DNA from: Sedimentisphaerales bacterium
GTDB lineage: Bacteria > Planctomycetota > Phycisphaerae > Sedimentisphaerales > SM23-30
Direction: 5' to 3'
Length of the DNA: 64,000 nt
Assembly: GCA_963663805.2 (NCBI GenBank)
Contig: CAXXMR010000009.1
Location: forward strand, 288,001-352,000
Position numbers and translations under genes: made by a program. Below, piece by piece: positions 50,267-61,666 of this stretch (position 1 is the stretch's first letter; every line of letters starts with the position of its first letter). The notes under the pieces are model-generated. The model was not told where the DNA came from. It searched no databases and saw only the letters and a program-made list of their open reading frames with translations.

Positions 50267-51040
50267 TTATTCCCAGCCCACACGTCCCCAGATGGCCTTT
50301 ACCAATCGTTCGATATCCTCATTTCCTTCTTGTCGTTCCCGCCAATAGCTGGCGTCATTCGGGTTATCCAGAGCGCTAGCGGCCCGGCCAAACTCGATAG
50401 TTCTGTCATCCACCCAGCGCCAAGACTCACAATGGCCGTCACCAAAAGACAAAGTGGTACCATCATCGTGATGAATCGGAACCACATCCCACCAGCGTGA
50501 TTGAAAGTAGAAGATACTCCAGGTGGTATGGCCAATAATGCCTTCGTCGAGAAATACCATTCTTCGGTCAACGTTCTGTAACTGCTCAATTTTTACCACC
50601 ACCATGTCCCGCGTAGCACCAGCGGTTGTAATTACACCCGAATCGGGGTTAAGATAAGAGTCGGGCATAGAATAGGTCCGGGCATAATCATTTACACAAG
50701 TGGGGCAAGCGAAAATATCCTCATTTTCGCCACAATATTCCCACATGGTCCCCCGTTTGACGGCCTTGAGCTGGTCCTCGCGGTCATCGTAAGTCAGGCC
50801 GCTATGGTTGACCCAACCGCTGGAACCGGAAGTTGCGCCCAAAGGCACTTCGCCGTTATGGTCTTCACTGTATACCATCCAGCATAAGGTCAGGCTACGC
50901 AGATTATTCAAACACACCACTTGCTTGGCAGACTCACGGGCCTGCCCCAAAGCTGGCAGTAATATGGAAACCAGCAACGCGATAACCGCCACCACAACCA
51001 ATAACTCCACCAGTGTGAACGCGCTACGGTACCTACGCAT
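50267..51040 (-). CDS. Prepilin-type N-terminal cleavage/methylation protein with H-X9-DG motif
   Basis: [29 protein letters not shown]...CLNN; HDDGTTLSFGDG. Confidence 0.9.
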   Translation of the reverse strand: MRRYRSAFTLVELLVVVAVIALLVSILLPALGQARESAKQVVCLNNLRSLTLCWMVYSEDHNGEVPLGATSGSSGWVNHSGLTYDDREDQLKAVKRGTMWEYCGENEDIFACPTCVNDYARTYSMPDSYLNPDSGVITTAGATRDMVVVKIEQLQNVDRRMVFLDEGIIGHTTWSIFYFQSRWWDVVPIHHDDGTTLSFGDGHCESWRWVDDRTIEFGRAASALDNPNDASYWRERQEGNEDIERLVKAIWGRVGWE

Positions 51041-51097
51041 AATTTTACCCTTTTTGTGTGTCCCCACGAGAATTGTTTTGTTATTGTAAAAACCACG

Positions 51098-51135
51098 TCC
51101 CAGGGTACCCCATCACAAAAGGGGGACCCCGGAAC
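51098..51135 (-). terminator. Intergenic stem-loop
   Basis: Imperfect GC-rich hairpin (CCAGGGTACCCC / GGGGACCCCGG) between the secreted protein and prepilin genes. Confidence 0.45.
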
Positions 51136-51148
51136 GCAAGTAAGTCGA

Positions 51149-52927
51149 CTAATTACATGCCTCGCTGATATCCCATTCGCATCTGAGCCAGTTGGTGGCC
51201 ATAATTGCGAAATCTTCAAGGCCGACACGACAATCACCACTTAGATCGCCATATTCCATACCCATCTGACAAACCGGAGTCACCGTAGTGAAATTCCACT
51301 CCGGACCGGTGCTGACAGCATCGCCGGCAGTAACAGAATCTACTCGCCAATAGTAAGTCTTGCCGTACTCCAGGCCGTCATAATGATAATTTATATCGCT
51401 TGCCAATTGGCTATTTGCCAAAACCATATTGCCGGGATCGTCAGCACCGATATAAATCTCAACGGTATCAAAAGTACCTGCCATCGTCCAGCTCAACACC
51501 TGAGCCTTCAGAATATCAACCGCACCGCTTACCGGAGTTGGATCTTGAGCGCCATTGCCGTTGGTCTCAAAGGTCCACAGGACACCTTCGGTCTTGCCGC
51601 TGGTGATTGGGTCATAAGTATCTACCTGCCAGTAGTAAGTCTGATCCGGTGCAAAATCATAACTCAGAGACGAAATAGCCTGATAATCCACAACCTTGAC
51701 AAAACTCGCGGGGTTCACATTCGGATCCTCAGTGCCAATCCAGACATCACAGTAAACCGTCTCGCCCGGGAAAGGCAGTTCCCATTCCAGAGTATCCAGA
51801 GCAGGATTGACTTCAACTTCGCCAACCGTCGGCATAGGAGTATGAGCGGTATCGTCCGCCACAATGTAAGTATTGCCGCTGTCAATATAAGTCAGAACAC
51901 GCCCCGAACCATCGTACGCCACAATATTATCAGAATCCACAAAAGCACCGATTTCAGTGATATAATCGCCATACATCCAGCAGAACAAACCGCCGCACAT
52001 ATTCAAAACACCCTCACCGCCATTGGTCTCAAATTTCATTATTTTGAGCTCGTCATAGTAATTCATGTTGATAACACCGCCGGAAAGATTAACCTCACCG
52101 TCGCCATAACGACCTACCAGAAATTCGCCGCAACGTATTTCACCACCGGTCATATTGACTACATCCGTCGTACCTGCCGAAGTACCATAACCAACCGCGA
52201 CATAACCATCGGTCCTAAGCAGACCATCAAAGAGATTAAAAATACCGGTACCAACATTTTCACCAAAACGAAGTTTGTCGGCGGAATATATTTCCCCACC
52301 GGTCATATTAACAATAGCTGGCCCCCTCAGACCAGTAACAAATGAGCCGGTTTCAATATAACCACCACTCATATTGAAAGTAACCAGCCCATCTGAGGCC
52401 CCGTGCCCTATTGAAATATACGAAGCGCTGGTCATGATACCACCGGACATAGTCGCGGTTCCACCAATATGGTCAGGCATATCACCAAAGGTAATCCGAT
52501 AGCCAGAATTTATTTCACCACCGGACAGATTGAACGAAAAAGGACCCGGATAACCCAGCAGAAGTTCTCTTGTGGATATTACACCACCGGATACATCCAA
52601 ATAAGCATTATTGTCAAAAGCCAGCTTACTGGAACTTGACTCAAGAGTCAGCGAACCGGAAGTCATCGTCAAACCTACCAGATCGGGACCACTGACACCA
52701 AACCTGATGAACGTACAAATATCCGTAACCACCATGTTTATCAGGGGGTCATTGCCGGTTGCCTCTATATAGGCTTCTTCGGGCGAATCCGGAACCACAT
52801 CCCAGTTGGCGGTGTTGGTCCACAGATTATCACCGCCAGTCCCTGTCCAGTTTATTGTCCCGGCGGCACTAGCCAGCGACGCCGACAACAGACAAATACT
52901 CAAAACCATAACCATTCTTTTCATCAC
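51149..52927 (-). CDS. Secreted beta-helix-repeat protein with Fn3-like modules and dockerin-like tail
   Basis: Signal peptide; WTGTGGDNLWTNTANW; repeated NMSGG/NMTGG; two TYYW.VD modules; tail GDLSGDCRVGLEDFAIMATNWL. Confidence 0.8.
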   Translation of the reverse strand: MMKRMVMVLSICLLSASLASAAGTINWTGTGGDNLWTNTANWDVVPDSPEEAYIEATGNDPLINMVVTDICTFIRFGVSGPDLVGLTMTSGSLTLESSSSKLAFDNNAYLDVSGGVISTRELLLGYPGPFSFNLSGGEINSGYRITFGDMPDHIGGTATMSGGIMTSASYISIGHGASDGLVTFNMSGGYIETGSFVTGLRGPAIVNMTGGEIYSADKLRFGENVGTGIFNLFDGLLRTDGYVAVGYGTSAGTTDVVNMTGGEIRCGEFLVGRYGDGEVNLSGGVINMNYYDELKIMKFETNGGEGVLNMCGGLFCWMYGDYITEIGAFVDSDNIVAYDGSGRVLTYIDSGNTYIVADDTAHTPMPTVGEVEVNPALDTLEWELPFPGETVYCDVWIGTEDPNVNPASFVKVVDYQAISSLSYDFAPDQTYYWQVDTYDPITSGKTEGVLWTFETNGNGAQDPTPVSGAVDILKAQVLSWTMAGTFDTVEIYIGADDPGNMVLANSQLASDINYHYDGLEYGKTYYWRVDSVTAGDAVSTGPEWNFTTVTPVCQMGMEYGDLSGDCRVGLEDFAIMATNWLRCEWDISEACN

Positions 52928-53051
52928 AATTCTCCTTAAATCAGAACCGATTACTATTTTCCGACCAAAACCCAGCCGGAATTACACTCAGTCGACAAAA
53001 TGAAACCTTCTCTTCAATTTCCAGAATAGCTTTTCCTTCCAGCCCATTCAA

Positions 53052-53186
53052 TGTAATAATTACAAATAAGACCACCTTTTGCTTGCATATATGTAAATAC
53101 TAATAATTACAATCCTCACAGATCCCACTCGTAACAAAACAGAAAATGCTTGTTTTTTAACTCAAATTATGGCATATATGTAAATA
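53052..53186. promoter_or_regulatory. Repeated operator candidates in divergent promoter region
   Basis: GCATATATGTAAATA at 53085 and 53172; TAATAATTACAA at 53054 and 53101. Confidence 0.55.
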
Positions 53187-53215
53187 AAGATTTTTGTTAT
53201 TGCCAAGGGAAACAT

Positions 53216-54316
53216 ATGAAGAAATACGATATTATCTACACAACTTTGGAAAGAGAGATAAAAACCGGCAAATACATGTTTGGTTTTCGGCTGCCTTCGG
53301 ACCTGGAACTGGGCAAGCGGTTTTCCGCTTCCCGTCCCACCATTGCCCGTGCCCTGGGCGAGCTGGAATCTGTCGGGCTTGTCGAACGCAAGGTCGGCTC
53401 GGGTACCTTCGTGAATTTCCACGCCCCCACTACCCGCAAACGATACAAGCTCGGTCTGCTCGTGCCGGGTCTGGGTGAAACGGAGATATTCGACCAGATT
53501 TGCGGCCAGCTTTCACACTTGGCCCAGACCGAAAACTTCAAACTGCTCTGGTACGGCTCAATGGACAGCGGCCCAGAAGAACGCGCCGCCAAACTCGAAC
53601 AACTTGCCAACAGCTATATTGAGGAAAAAATCGATGGAGTTTTTTTTGCCCCCCTGGAACTGACATCTGTTAAGGATACTATAAATCAGAAAATCTCTAA
53701 TATTTTCCGCAAAAACAATATCGCTGTGGTGTTAATGGACCGGGACATACTACCCTTCCCCCAGAGAAGCCAATGTGACCTGGTGAGCATCGACCATTTT
53801 CGCGCGGCATTCATCGTCACTCGTCATTTCATCGAACTGGGCCGTAAGAATATCCATTTCCTGTCCCGACCCTTTTCCGCACCCAGCGTCGAAATGCGTA
53901 TCGCTGGCTGTCGCGAAGCCGTCCGAATCGCAGGATTACCATTCGGTGATGACCATATTCATATTCTAGATTCATTCCACACTGAAGACGCCCAAAAGGT
54001 TAACCAATCTCAACCGGACGCTATTCTGTGCGCCAACGACAGCACCGCTGCGAAATTTATACAAGCTCTCAATAAAGCTAAAATTGACGTGCCCGAACAA
54101 ATAATGGTGGCAGGAATTGATGATTTGCCTTATTCTAAATATCTCTCCCCCACTTTAACGACCTATCGCCAGCCCCAACAGGAACTAGCCCGCATCGCCC
54201 TGAAAACCATGGTAGACAGAATCGAAAACGAAGAACTCCCCCCGCGAACCATCCAACTGACAGGAAAGCTTATTGTCCGTCAATCGAGTCTTCTCGGCAC
54301 GTCTGAAAAAAGTTAA
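53216..54316 (+). CDS. GntR-HTH / LacI-type effector domain regulator (AraR-like)
   Basis: RLPSD..ASRPTIARAL...GSGTFV; ILCAND and AGIDD..LTT motifs. ATG 53216 taken as start. Confidence 0.9.
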   Translation: MKKYDIIYTTLEREIKTGKYMFGFRLPSDLELGKRFSASRPTIARALGELESVGLVERKVGSGTFVNFHAPTTRKRYKLGLLVPGLGETEIFDQICGQLSHLAQTENFKLLWYGSMDSGPEERAAKLEQLANSYIEEKIDGVFFAPLELTSVKDTINQKISNIFRKNNIAVVLMDRDILPFPQRSQCDLVSIDHFRAAFIVTRHFIELGRKNIHFLSRPFSAPSVEMRIAGCREAVRIAGLPFGDDHIHILDSFHTEDAQKVNQSQPDAILCANDSTAAKFIQALNKAKIDVPEQIMVAGIDDLPYSKYLSPTLTTYRQPQQELARIALKTMVDRIENEELPPRTIQLTGKLIVRQSSLLGTSEKS

Positions 54317-54494
54317 ATTTTGATAAGGTAATTATTTTCTGGATGGGCGTTTCTGTACTGTCCATGATTCTGGCGGCTTCACTGTGGAAGGTAAAGCCGG
54401 CAGATTAGAGCGAATATCGCAGGGAATAACCTGTTTTTACTCTTAGTGTGGTTATTGACAGTACGGGGGGGATTAGCCTGCATTTAGCCCCTCC

Positions 54495-55310
54495 CTAATC
54501 TCCCTCTGATTTCACCAGCACAACCAAATCAAGCTTATGCGGCACATCGTTCAGTGTAATCTGCCATAATTCTTCCACTACCCAGGCCTTGTCAGCCGGA
54601 TAGAACAACCTTTCGCCGCCCAAAGCGGCCATAATACATTTCTGTCTGTCCAGAAATTCCGCCTGGCTGGTACACCTGCCCATTTCAGCCAGCACTCCCC
54701 GATAAAAATTGCTTACGTGTCCAAAGCCAGCCTTTTCAAGCACTGAACGTCCCAGCACACGTAAATATTCCGGTCCATAATAATTTGCCAGCGCCGGTGG
54801 CGGCAAATGACGCGTGTGAGCATGCTGGCCAGCCACATTTGGCCTGTCCGTAATGCCAGTATGTGTAAACTGACCCCAAAAACAATTAAACGACTCAATC
54901 AGAGCTCTAAACATCTCCAACGCCGCGGCATAAGGATAATCACCCGGCAGACTCAAGCTGATTTGGACATTCCAGCTGCAAGTATCCAGAAGCATACCTT
55001 CGGGCCAACGATGAACCGTCAGAATACCATCGCTCAAGAGAAAATCACGGCTTTGATTTTGCCTCTCAGAGAAAAGTCTGAAGAAATCATCATTTTTAAC
55101 CGGAATGATAAATTGGCTGTTCCGGGTGGTAGTACCTTTTAGTTCCTGCCCGGAGCTTGCCAGAAAACCGGCACAGGCCCGATTGAAATTATCTGCCTCG
55201 AACAATTCCACATCCCGCGTCATCCCATGCAGAAAGTAATAGGGCCCACCTATATACTTCCGCCAGGGCTTACCTTTCCGGTTCGTAATTTCGTACAATT
55301 TCGCACTCAT
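54495..55310 (-). CDS. Candidate immunity protein for the RHS toxin
   Basis: Lies 29 bp downstream of the RHS stop on the same strand; no recognised family. Confidence 0.55.
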   Translation of the reverse strand: MSAKLYEITNRKGKPWRKYIGGPYYFLHGMTRDVELFEADNFNRACAGFLASSGQELKGTTTRNSQFIIPVKNDDFFRLFSERQNQSRDFLLSDGILTVHRWPEGMLLDTCSWNVQISLSLPGDYPYAAALEMFRALIESFNCFWGQFTHTGITDRPNVAGQHAHTRHLPPPALANYYGPEYLRVLGRSVLEKAGFGHVSNFYRGVLAEMGRCTSQAEFLDRQKCIMAALGGERLFYPADKAWVVEELWQITLNDVPHKLDLVVLVKSEGD

Positions 55311-55339
55311 AATATTACCTTCAAACATTATAACACATC

Positions 55340-58300
55340 TTAGCGACTGACGTTAATATTTACATTAGCCTGCGCTTCGACAAATTCACTGATACGAGTT
55401 ATGTTGATGTCATTCTGATACAGAATATCCATCGTCTGATTGGACATTTTGGTATAATCCTCCACGATAAGCCCCAGGTGCCTGCCCTGCATGGTTTCCA
55501 GCACCTGCCTTTGCCGGCTGACCTGTTCGACGATTCGGTTAGCGTGCGATGGTGAAATTTCCTTCCAGGCTTTGAGTTCATAAACCGCCCGCGAGCTCAT
55601 AAAAGTATCAATTTCCGCGGTCACGGTGCATTTTCCAGCCCTGACCTTAGTAAGGAAATTCGTTGCCACCTTGTCATCGACCGCCAGTATAAATTTCCGA
55701 GTCAGCTCCTGCCCAGCCTCAGCCGCCGGTGTCAGCGTACGGAGCTTCCGCCGCGATTTACGTATTCGGATAGCCACTTCCGTGCCGTTAGTTAGAATTG
55801 TTCGTGCCCCGCGACCAGCCTTACCGGTCATCCTCGTTAGTTTAGTATAACCCGCTGGCATTCCCGGTATCGCCAACGCCACCACATCACAAACCAAATC
55901 CGCGTATCCATCTATTACCAGCGTTGGATTGTCGGTCACAATCCCCACGGTAATTTTCCCGGTGTCATAGATAACACTGGCAATATCCCAGACCGTTTCC
56001 AGCCCCAGCATCCGTCCATCGGGGTCAACATAAATAACCGGATTATTCCCTACATAGACATAAAGGTTCAGCCCGTCGATATAGCCCGCCGGGTCAGGCC
56101 CCAGCCAGCGTCCCAACTGCGAATCATAATACCGCCGCCGGTTATATTGCCTCAGCAGATTACCGCTGTCCAGAACATCCAGCCGCCGCCCCGTAAACAT
56201 ATAAGGATTACCAACCGCACTAACTTCGCAAGCATTGCCGAAAGCGTCGTAATGATAAAACTCCGATTCCGCACCTTCATGACTGCCTACCAGCCCCACA
56301 ACACTGCCCAAGGCGTCTTTGAGATAATACCAGCGTTTTTCCTCACGGGCTGGCACATAGCTCCAGCCCTGACTAAGATAAACAAAATCCCTCAAATCAA
56401 CAAAGTTGCTGTCGTCATAATCAAAATCACCGTCAAAATCAGCATCGTTCGCATCGCAAAGCCAGCTCTCGCCCAAACCGATAAGCAGCAGCAAATCAGA
56501 TTCATCACCTTCTGCCGCGTTTCCCGGCTCATACATCGCCAGAGCTTCATCGATATTATTACCGTAAACAAAACACCGCGAGATTTCGAAATCATCCTCA
56601 CTCGCCGCCTTTTCATATTCCGCAATAACCCGCTCCCGATTATCATAATAGTATAGACTTTCCTCCACCTCACCGCCCGGCATCCGCCGCAACCGTCGAA
56701 CTCGCCGGCCCAACCCGTCATAGTCATAAGCAGCCACCATAGTCAAATCATCCGCACCGCGAATCTCGACCAGCCGACTCTCCTCATCGTAATAATAATG
56801 ATAGTCATTCATATCACGCCGCAGATTTCCCGCCGGGTCATAATCGCAGGTATGATAAGAGTCATCAGAATGCGTGATTTGCGTGTATTGATTAAGGTTA
56901 TTGATGGTGTAGGTGTCATTCAACGGACTTTCACCGCCCAGTTGATGATTTACGCGATTTGATAAATCATCATAACTGAACGATTCCACCAGCTCGCTCA
57001 AGGCCTCTGGTATTGGCACTGAAAGCAGATATATTTCCGATGATGAAGCTGAAAAAGTTTGCAGTTCAACCTCTGCCACCGGTACCTGCCAGGTTTTTTT
57101 GAGATTGCCCGCCCGGTCATACTCCTTATTTGTCTGGGCAGTCATTTGACCTTTCTGATTATATTTCAGATGCATATCGATATAACTGCCGTTACCAAAG
57201 TTTACCCGAAACAGGGTTTGTCGCCGCTTGTCATAGTAAAATACTTCGGCGTGAACAAACGATTCCGATTTTTGATTCTCCGAGGTGATTATCCAGGTAA
57301 GCAGCCGGCCTGTTTGCGTCTGAATGATAAACTCATGAATATTACCGAATTTGTCTATCAGTTTTTCACTGCGACTTTCCTTACGGTCAAAGTCGGCACC
57401 CAGCTCCAGTGCCCGTACCATGGGCCGATGGTCATGCAAAACATTTCGCAGCATCCGATTCCAGTTTTCATCCCGAAATTTAAGACGCAGAATTTCGTCG
57501 ATACTGTGCTGCCCGTCTAGCTTCGAATATTCTTTTACACCGACATCTGCCAGAAATTCATTTATTAACCAGATTTCCGCCGCTGTTCCCGCCCATTCCA
57601 GCCCGTCCAGACCGCCAAACTCCCGCGGTAGGGGCCCTAGCCCTTTTACTTCCCGCATCACTAACGAATCACTTACCCCATACTGAGCCTTGCGCAGCCG
57701 TCCCAAGCGGTCATAACCAAACAAGTCATATTTCACCGGACTCAAATGAGTGTATTCAATCTCAATTCGATTGCCCGCCCGGTCATATTCATAATGATAT
57801 TCCAGCGTCTCATCAGAATCAGCCGGCACATTAGCGATGCCGATGATTTGCTCCAGATTATTATAACTCAGTGTTTGGGTCAGTCCCGCGTTATCAAAAT
57901 AAATCTCCTGCGTGTGAGGCCCCAGATAAGTATATGCCGCAATCGGGCAGGGGGGCTCAACTCCGTTGTCACGCGTTATAGTATTTATTCTGCCCAACGC
58001 TTCCCGACTATAATTTATAGATTCACCCCCGCCGCCTCCGCTTTGCCCGACCAGCAGCCCCGCCTGGTCATAATCGTATTGTGCAATCACCGCGGACTCG
58101 TCAAACAGCGCAGTTGTCTCACTGGTAATTAGCGAAAGCGAATTATAAGTAAACACCGAACTGCTTATATTCTTACCATCAGCGATCTTCGCAATATTCA
58201 GCAGATTCCCCAAAGCGTCATAACAAAATGTTTCTGTCGCGATAAGCTCATTCTGTCCATCATAAGACTTTCGCTGCGTCAACCGTCCCAGATTATCATA

Positions 58301-61300
58301 TTCATATTCCGTCAACCACTCCCGCCGGTCTCGCCGTTCAATCGTTCGTCCCAGAACATCATAACTGTATCCACATTCACTATCGTTGGGATAGGTTACC
58401 AGCGTCAAGCGGTTAAGGTTATCATATTGATATGTCGTCGTCTGAACCCCCGTGGGGTTTGTTTCATCAGGCCACGCACTCACATAAATTTGCCGTCCCA
58501 GCCGGTCATAACCAAATTCCGTAGTTTGATTAATCCTGCCGCTGCCGTAATCCGCGATTTTCAAAACCTGCCTGCCCAGCCCGTCATAACCAAAAACCGT
58601 AATCGTACCATTCGGGTCCGTTATCCGCTCCAGATTATCCCGAACATCATATTCATAAACCGTCGCCAGATATTCCCCCGGCACCGTCGCCTCTGGTATT
58701 CGCCGAACCTCGCTTAATCTCCCCAACCCATCATGCAACCTTTCAGTCGTAACCGTCAAACTGTCTGTCCCGCTCGCGTAATTCTTCTCCACCAGCACCA
58801 CTCGTCCCAGTGCGTCATAAGCATTAACCGTCTCATTCCCCGCCGGGTCAACACTCGCCGTCAACCTGCCCAGCCCGTCATATTCATACGAACTAACCGC
58901 CGTCAACAAATCCCCGCCGCCATAATACGTCGTTTTGGCACTCAGCCGCCCCAGTCCATCATAATCATAATCAGTCACATTGTCAACAGCACAGTCAATT
59001 GCGATGTTCAACTCCTGTCCCGCGTTGGCTATTATCGCCTTACGCAGAACTTTTTCCGAATTATCATAACTATATCGTATTTGCCGCGCCGCCACATCAT
59101 CGCCATAATCTGCTGTTCCCTTGCCGTCATACGCCCATTCTACCAGGACTCTGCCCAGGCTGTCATAAGACTTGACCAGATAGTTGCCCGCCGCATCGAA
59201 CACCACATCTTCCTGCCTCGCGTCGTCATAATAATTTTTCTGAGTTACCAGCAGTTCCACACTATTCGGCTCGGCATCGATATCCTTACTGATACTGAAA
59301 AGCTGTCCGCCCGCGTAATAATCATAAACCACCTTATTCCCCGCCGCGTCAACAGTCTCCCCCAGCCGATTCAAATCATCATATCGACTCTGCGTAACCA
59401 CATCCCCGCCTTCAACCGCCTCCACATTCCCGCAGCCCGGCCCCTTTTTGATCGCCTCGGCCAAATTCCCAAAAATATCATAGCGATAAAGACTGACACT
59501 ATCCTCTGTATCCTATTCATCCCCCGTATCCAGAAACTTCCGCACCCGAAATTCCCTGCCCCTTCTGTCATATTCCGTTTCCGTTCGACTTACCACATCC
59601 CCGCTGTCGCTGTCTGTATAGCTTTCACTGACAACATTCCCTGCCCCGTCCCGCACATAATCAATCACTCGATTACCACTCGTCAGCCGTATCAACTGTC
59701 CCAGATTATTATATTCCCGATATGTAACCGTCCCATCAGGCCCCGTCTGCTCAACAAGGTCCCCGTCGGCGTTATGCTCATAATTGGTCACCGCGGCTTC
59801 GACTCTCTCTGTTCCCTGCCCATACCCGCTTTTCTGACGAACCATAAAACCCCGCCCATCATATTCACATTCAAGCCAACTGCCCTGCGGATAAGTAGTC
59901 TTAATAACCTCGTTCTGACTATTATATTCATATTCCGTCCGCAAAGCCTCGCCCTCTGCGTCCTCGATAACCGCCGTCCGCCGCCCCAGAAAATTATATT
60001 CATATTCCGTAACAACCCACCCTGCCGGCTCACCAAAGTCAAACGGTTCATCATTGACAGCCTTTTCAAGCCTGATAACATCCCCGTCCCCGTTATAACT
60101 GTAACGCGTCTGCGTCACCAGCACCAGTTCATCATTCTCATCATCCATATCACTTACAGAGCTGATGACAAACGTAGATTCAACCTGCCCTGCCAGATTA
60201 TAGCTGCTGCCCTCCATCTTTCCGCTCGGCCCCATCTTCCGCGTAACCTGCCGTGCCGAATTATAACGATAAGAAGTAACCTCACTGATATTCTCTGCCG
60301 GACAACTCAGCGTCTCAATTTCAACCGTTCCCCATTCCAAATCGCCCACCGCATCATTAAAGTCATAATCAATCTGCCGAATCAACCTGCCTTCTGTGCC
60401 GCCGCTGTCACAAAGCCGCAGCTCAAACCCTATCGTCCTGCCCACTCCGTCGATGTCGTAAATATTTTCAGCCGCGAAGTATTCGGATCAATTCCCAAAT
60501 TATTCCCCGCCTCCAGTTCCGCGCAAAGATACCCCGCCGCCGAATAACTATACTCCGTCGTCCCGCCCAGCGGCCCCGTATGGCTTGCCGGATAAGAATT
60601 CTCGTAAGTATAAGCATTCGCCATACTGTTAGCGTCATGCACCGTATCATAAACATATTCCGCCCGCAACTGATGTCCACTATTATAAACCTTTATATTC
60701 TGCCGATTCCCCGAAGGATACGTAATCGTCTCAGTCACCCCGTCATAGTCAAAACCCGTAACATAACATTCATCGTTAGGGTCAGCGTTAAGCTCGGCGT
60801 ATTCCGCCCGACCTGCCAGAGTCGTAAACGTCGGCCCGTCAAAAAAATTCTTCACCAGACGATAATGCTCATTGTCAACATAAACATATTCTGTCGCTGA
60901 ATAATCATTGCCGTCGTAGCTAACCTGCCGTATCTCATAAACGGCCTCATCACCGCCCCCCGGATTATCCACCGCGAACTCCCGCACCAATAAAGGCCGC
61001 GTCAGATAAACATTATCTTCTGCCCCCGCTTCATCCGTTAGCCCCGCGATTTCTGTCGTATATTCATATTCGGCAATAATATCGCTCGCCGCGTTAAACC
61101 GCCGTTTGATTAACCCATCATAACGGTCATCACCCAGCCCCGCCGCGTCATAATATTCCAACGACTCAAACTCACCGCTGCCTGCCCCGCAGCCGCTGGC
61201 GCACCCCGCGTAATATTTCACCGCCTCACCCGCGTCATTAAATTCCACCTGCCACACCCGCTCCGGCCGCAGTATGTCCCGATTATAAAAACCCACCTCC

Positions 61301-61392
61301 AGAAACTCATTCTCACCCCCGCTGTAGTCATACTTATAATAAACATCACTGCCGCTCGGCGTGTATCCCCGACGATTTAATCCGCAAAACAA
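55340..61392 (-). pseudogene. RHS/YD-repeat polymorphic toxin; 5'-truncated, with one frameshift (~60461) and one in-frame TAG (59513-59515)
   Basis: Many YD..GR repeats across three ORFs; core YYDSQLGRWLGPDPAGYIDGLNLYVYVGNNPVIYVDPDG; C-terminal toxin region. Confidence 0.88.
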
Positions 61393-61666
61393 AAAACTGC
61401 CGAGATTTTTAAGAACTGCTAAACAGTGGCTAACAATCTAGTTGAACACCAAATGTCAATAAAAAACGCTGAAAAATGAACCAATAGCCTCAATAACGGT
61501 AAAATAAGAATCCATATGTCCCCTAATAACATACCTTTATATTCCGGGTGACAACATCTTGTCATCCCTAAAATAAAGGAAAGTTTTTGAGGTTCTTTTA
61601 TTATTCTTTGAGGGCCAAAAAATTTTTCTTGTCAGGTGCGGGGAGGCGATTTAGAATGCCCGAATT

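Noticed and set aside
51383..52345. 320-aa plus-strand ORF
   Set aside because: Antisense to a well-supported secreted protein gene.
59513..59515. Pyrrolysine or amber recoding in the RHS gene
   Set aside because: No pyl genes in the window, TAG ends several normal genes here, and the gene carries other lesions.
58733..60547. 604-aa plus-strand ORF
   Set aside because: Antisense shadow of the RHS repeats; Ile/Pro-rich artefact.
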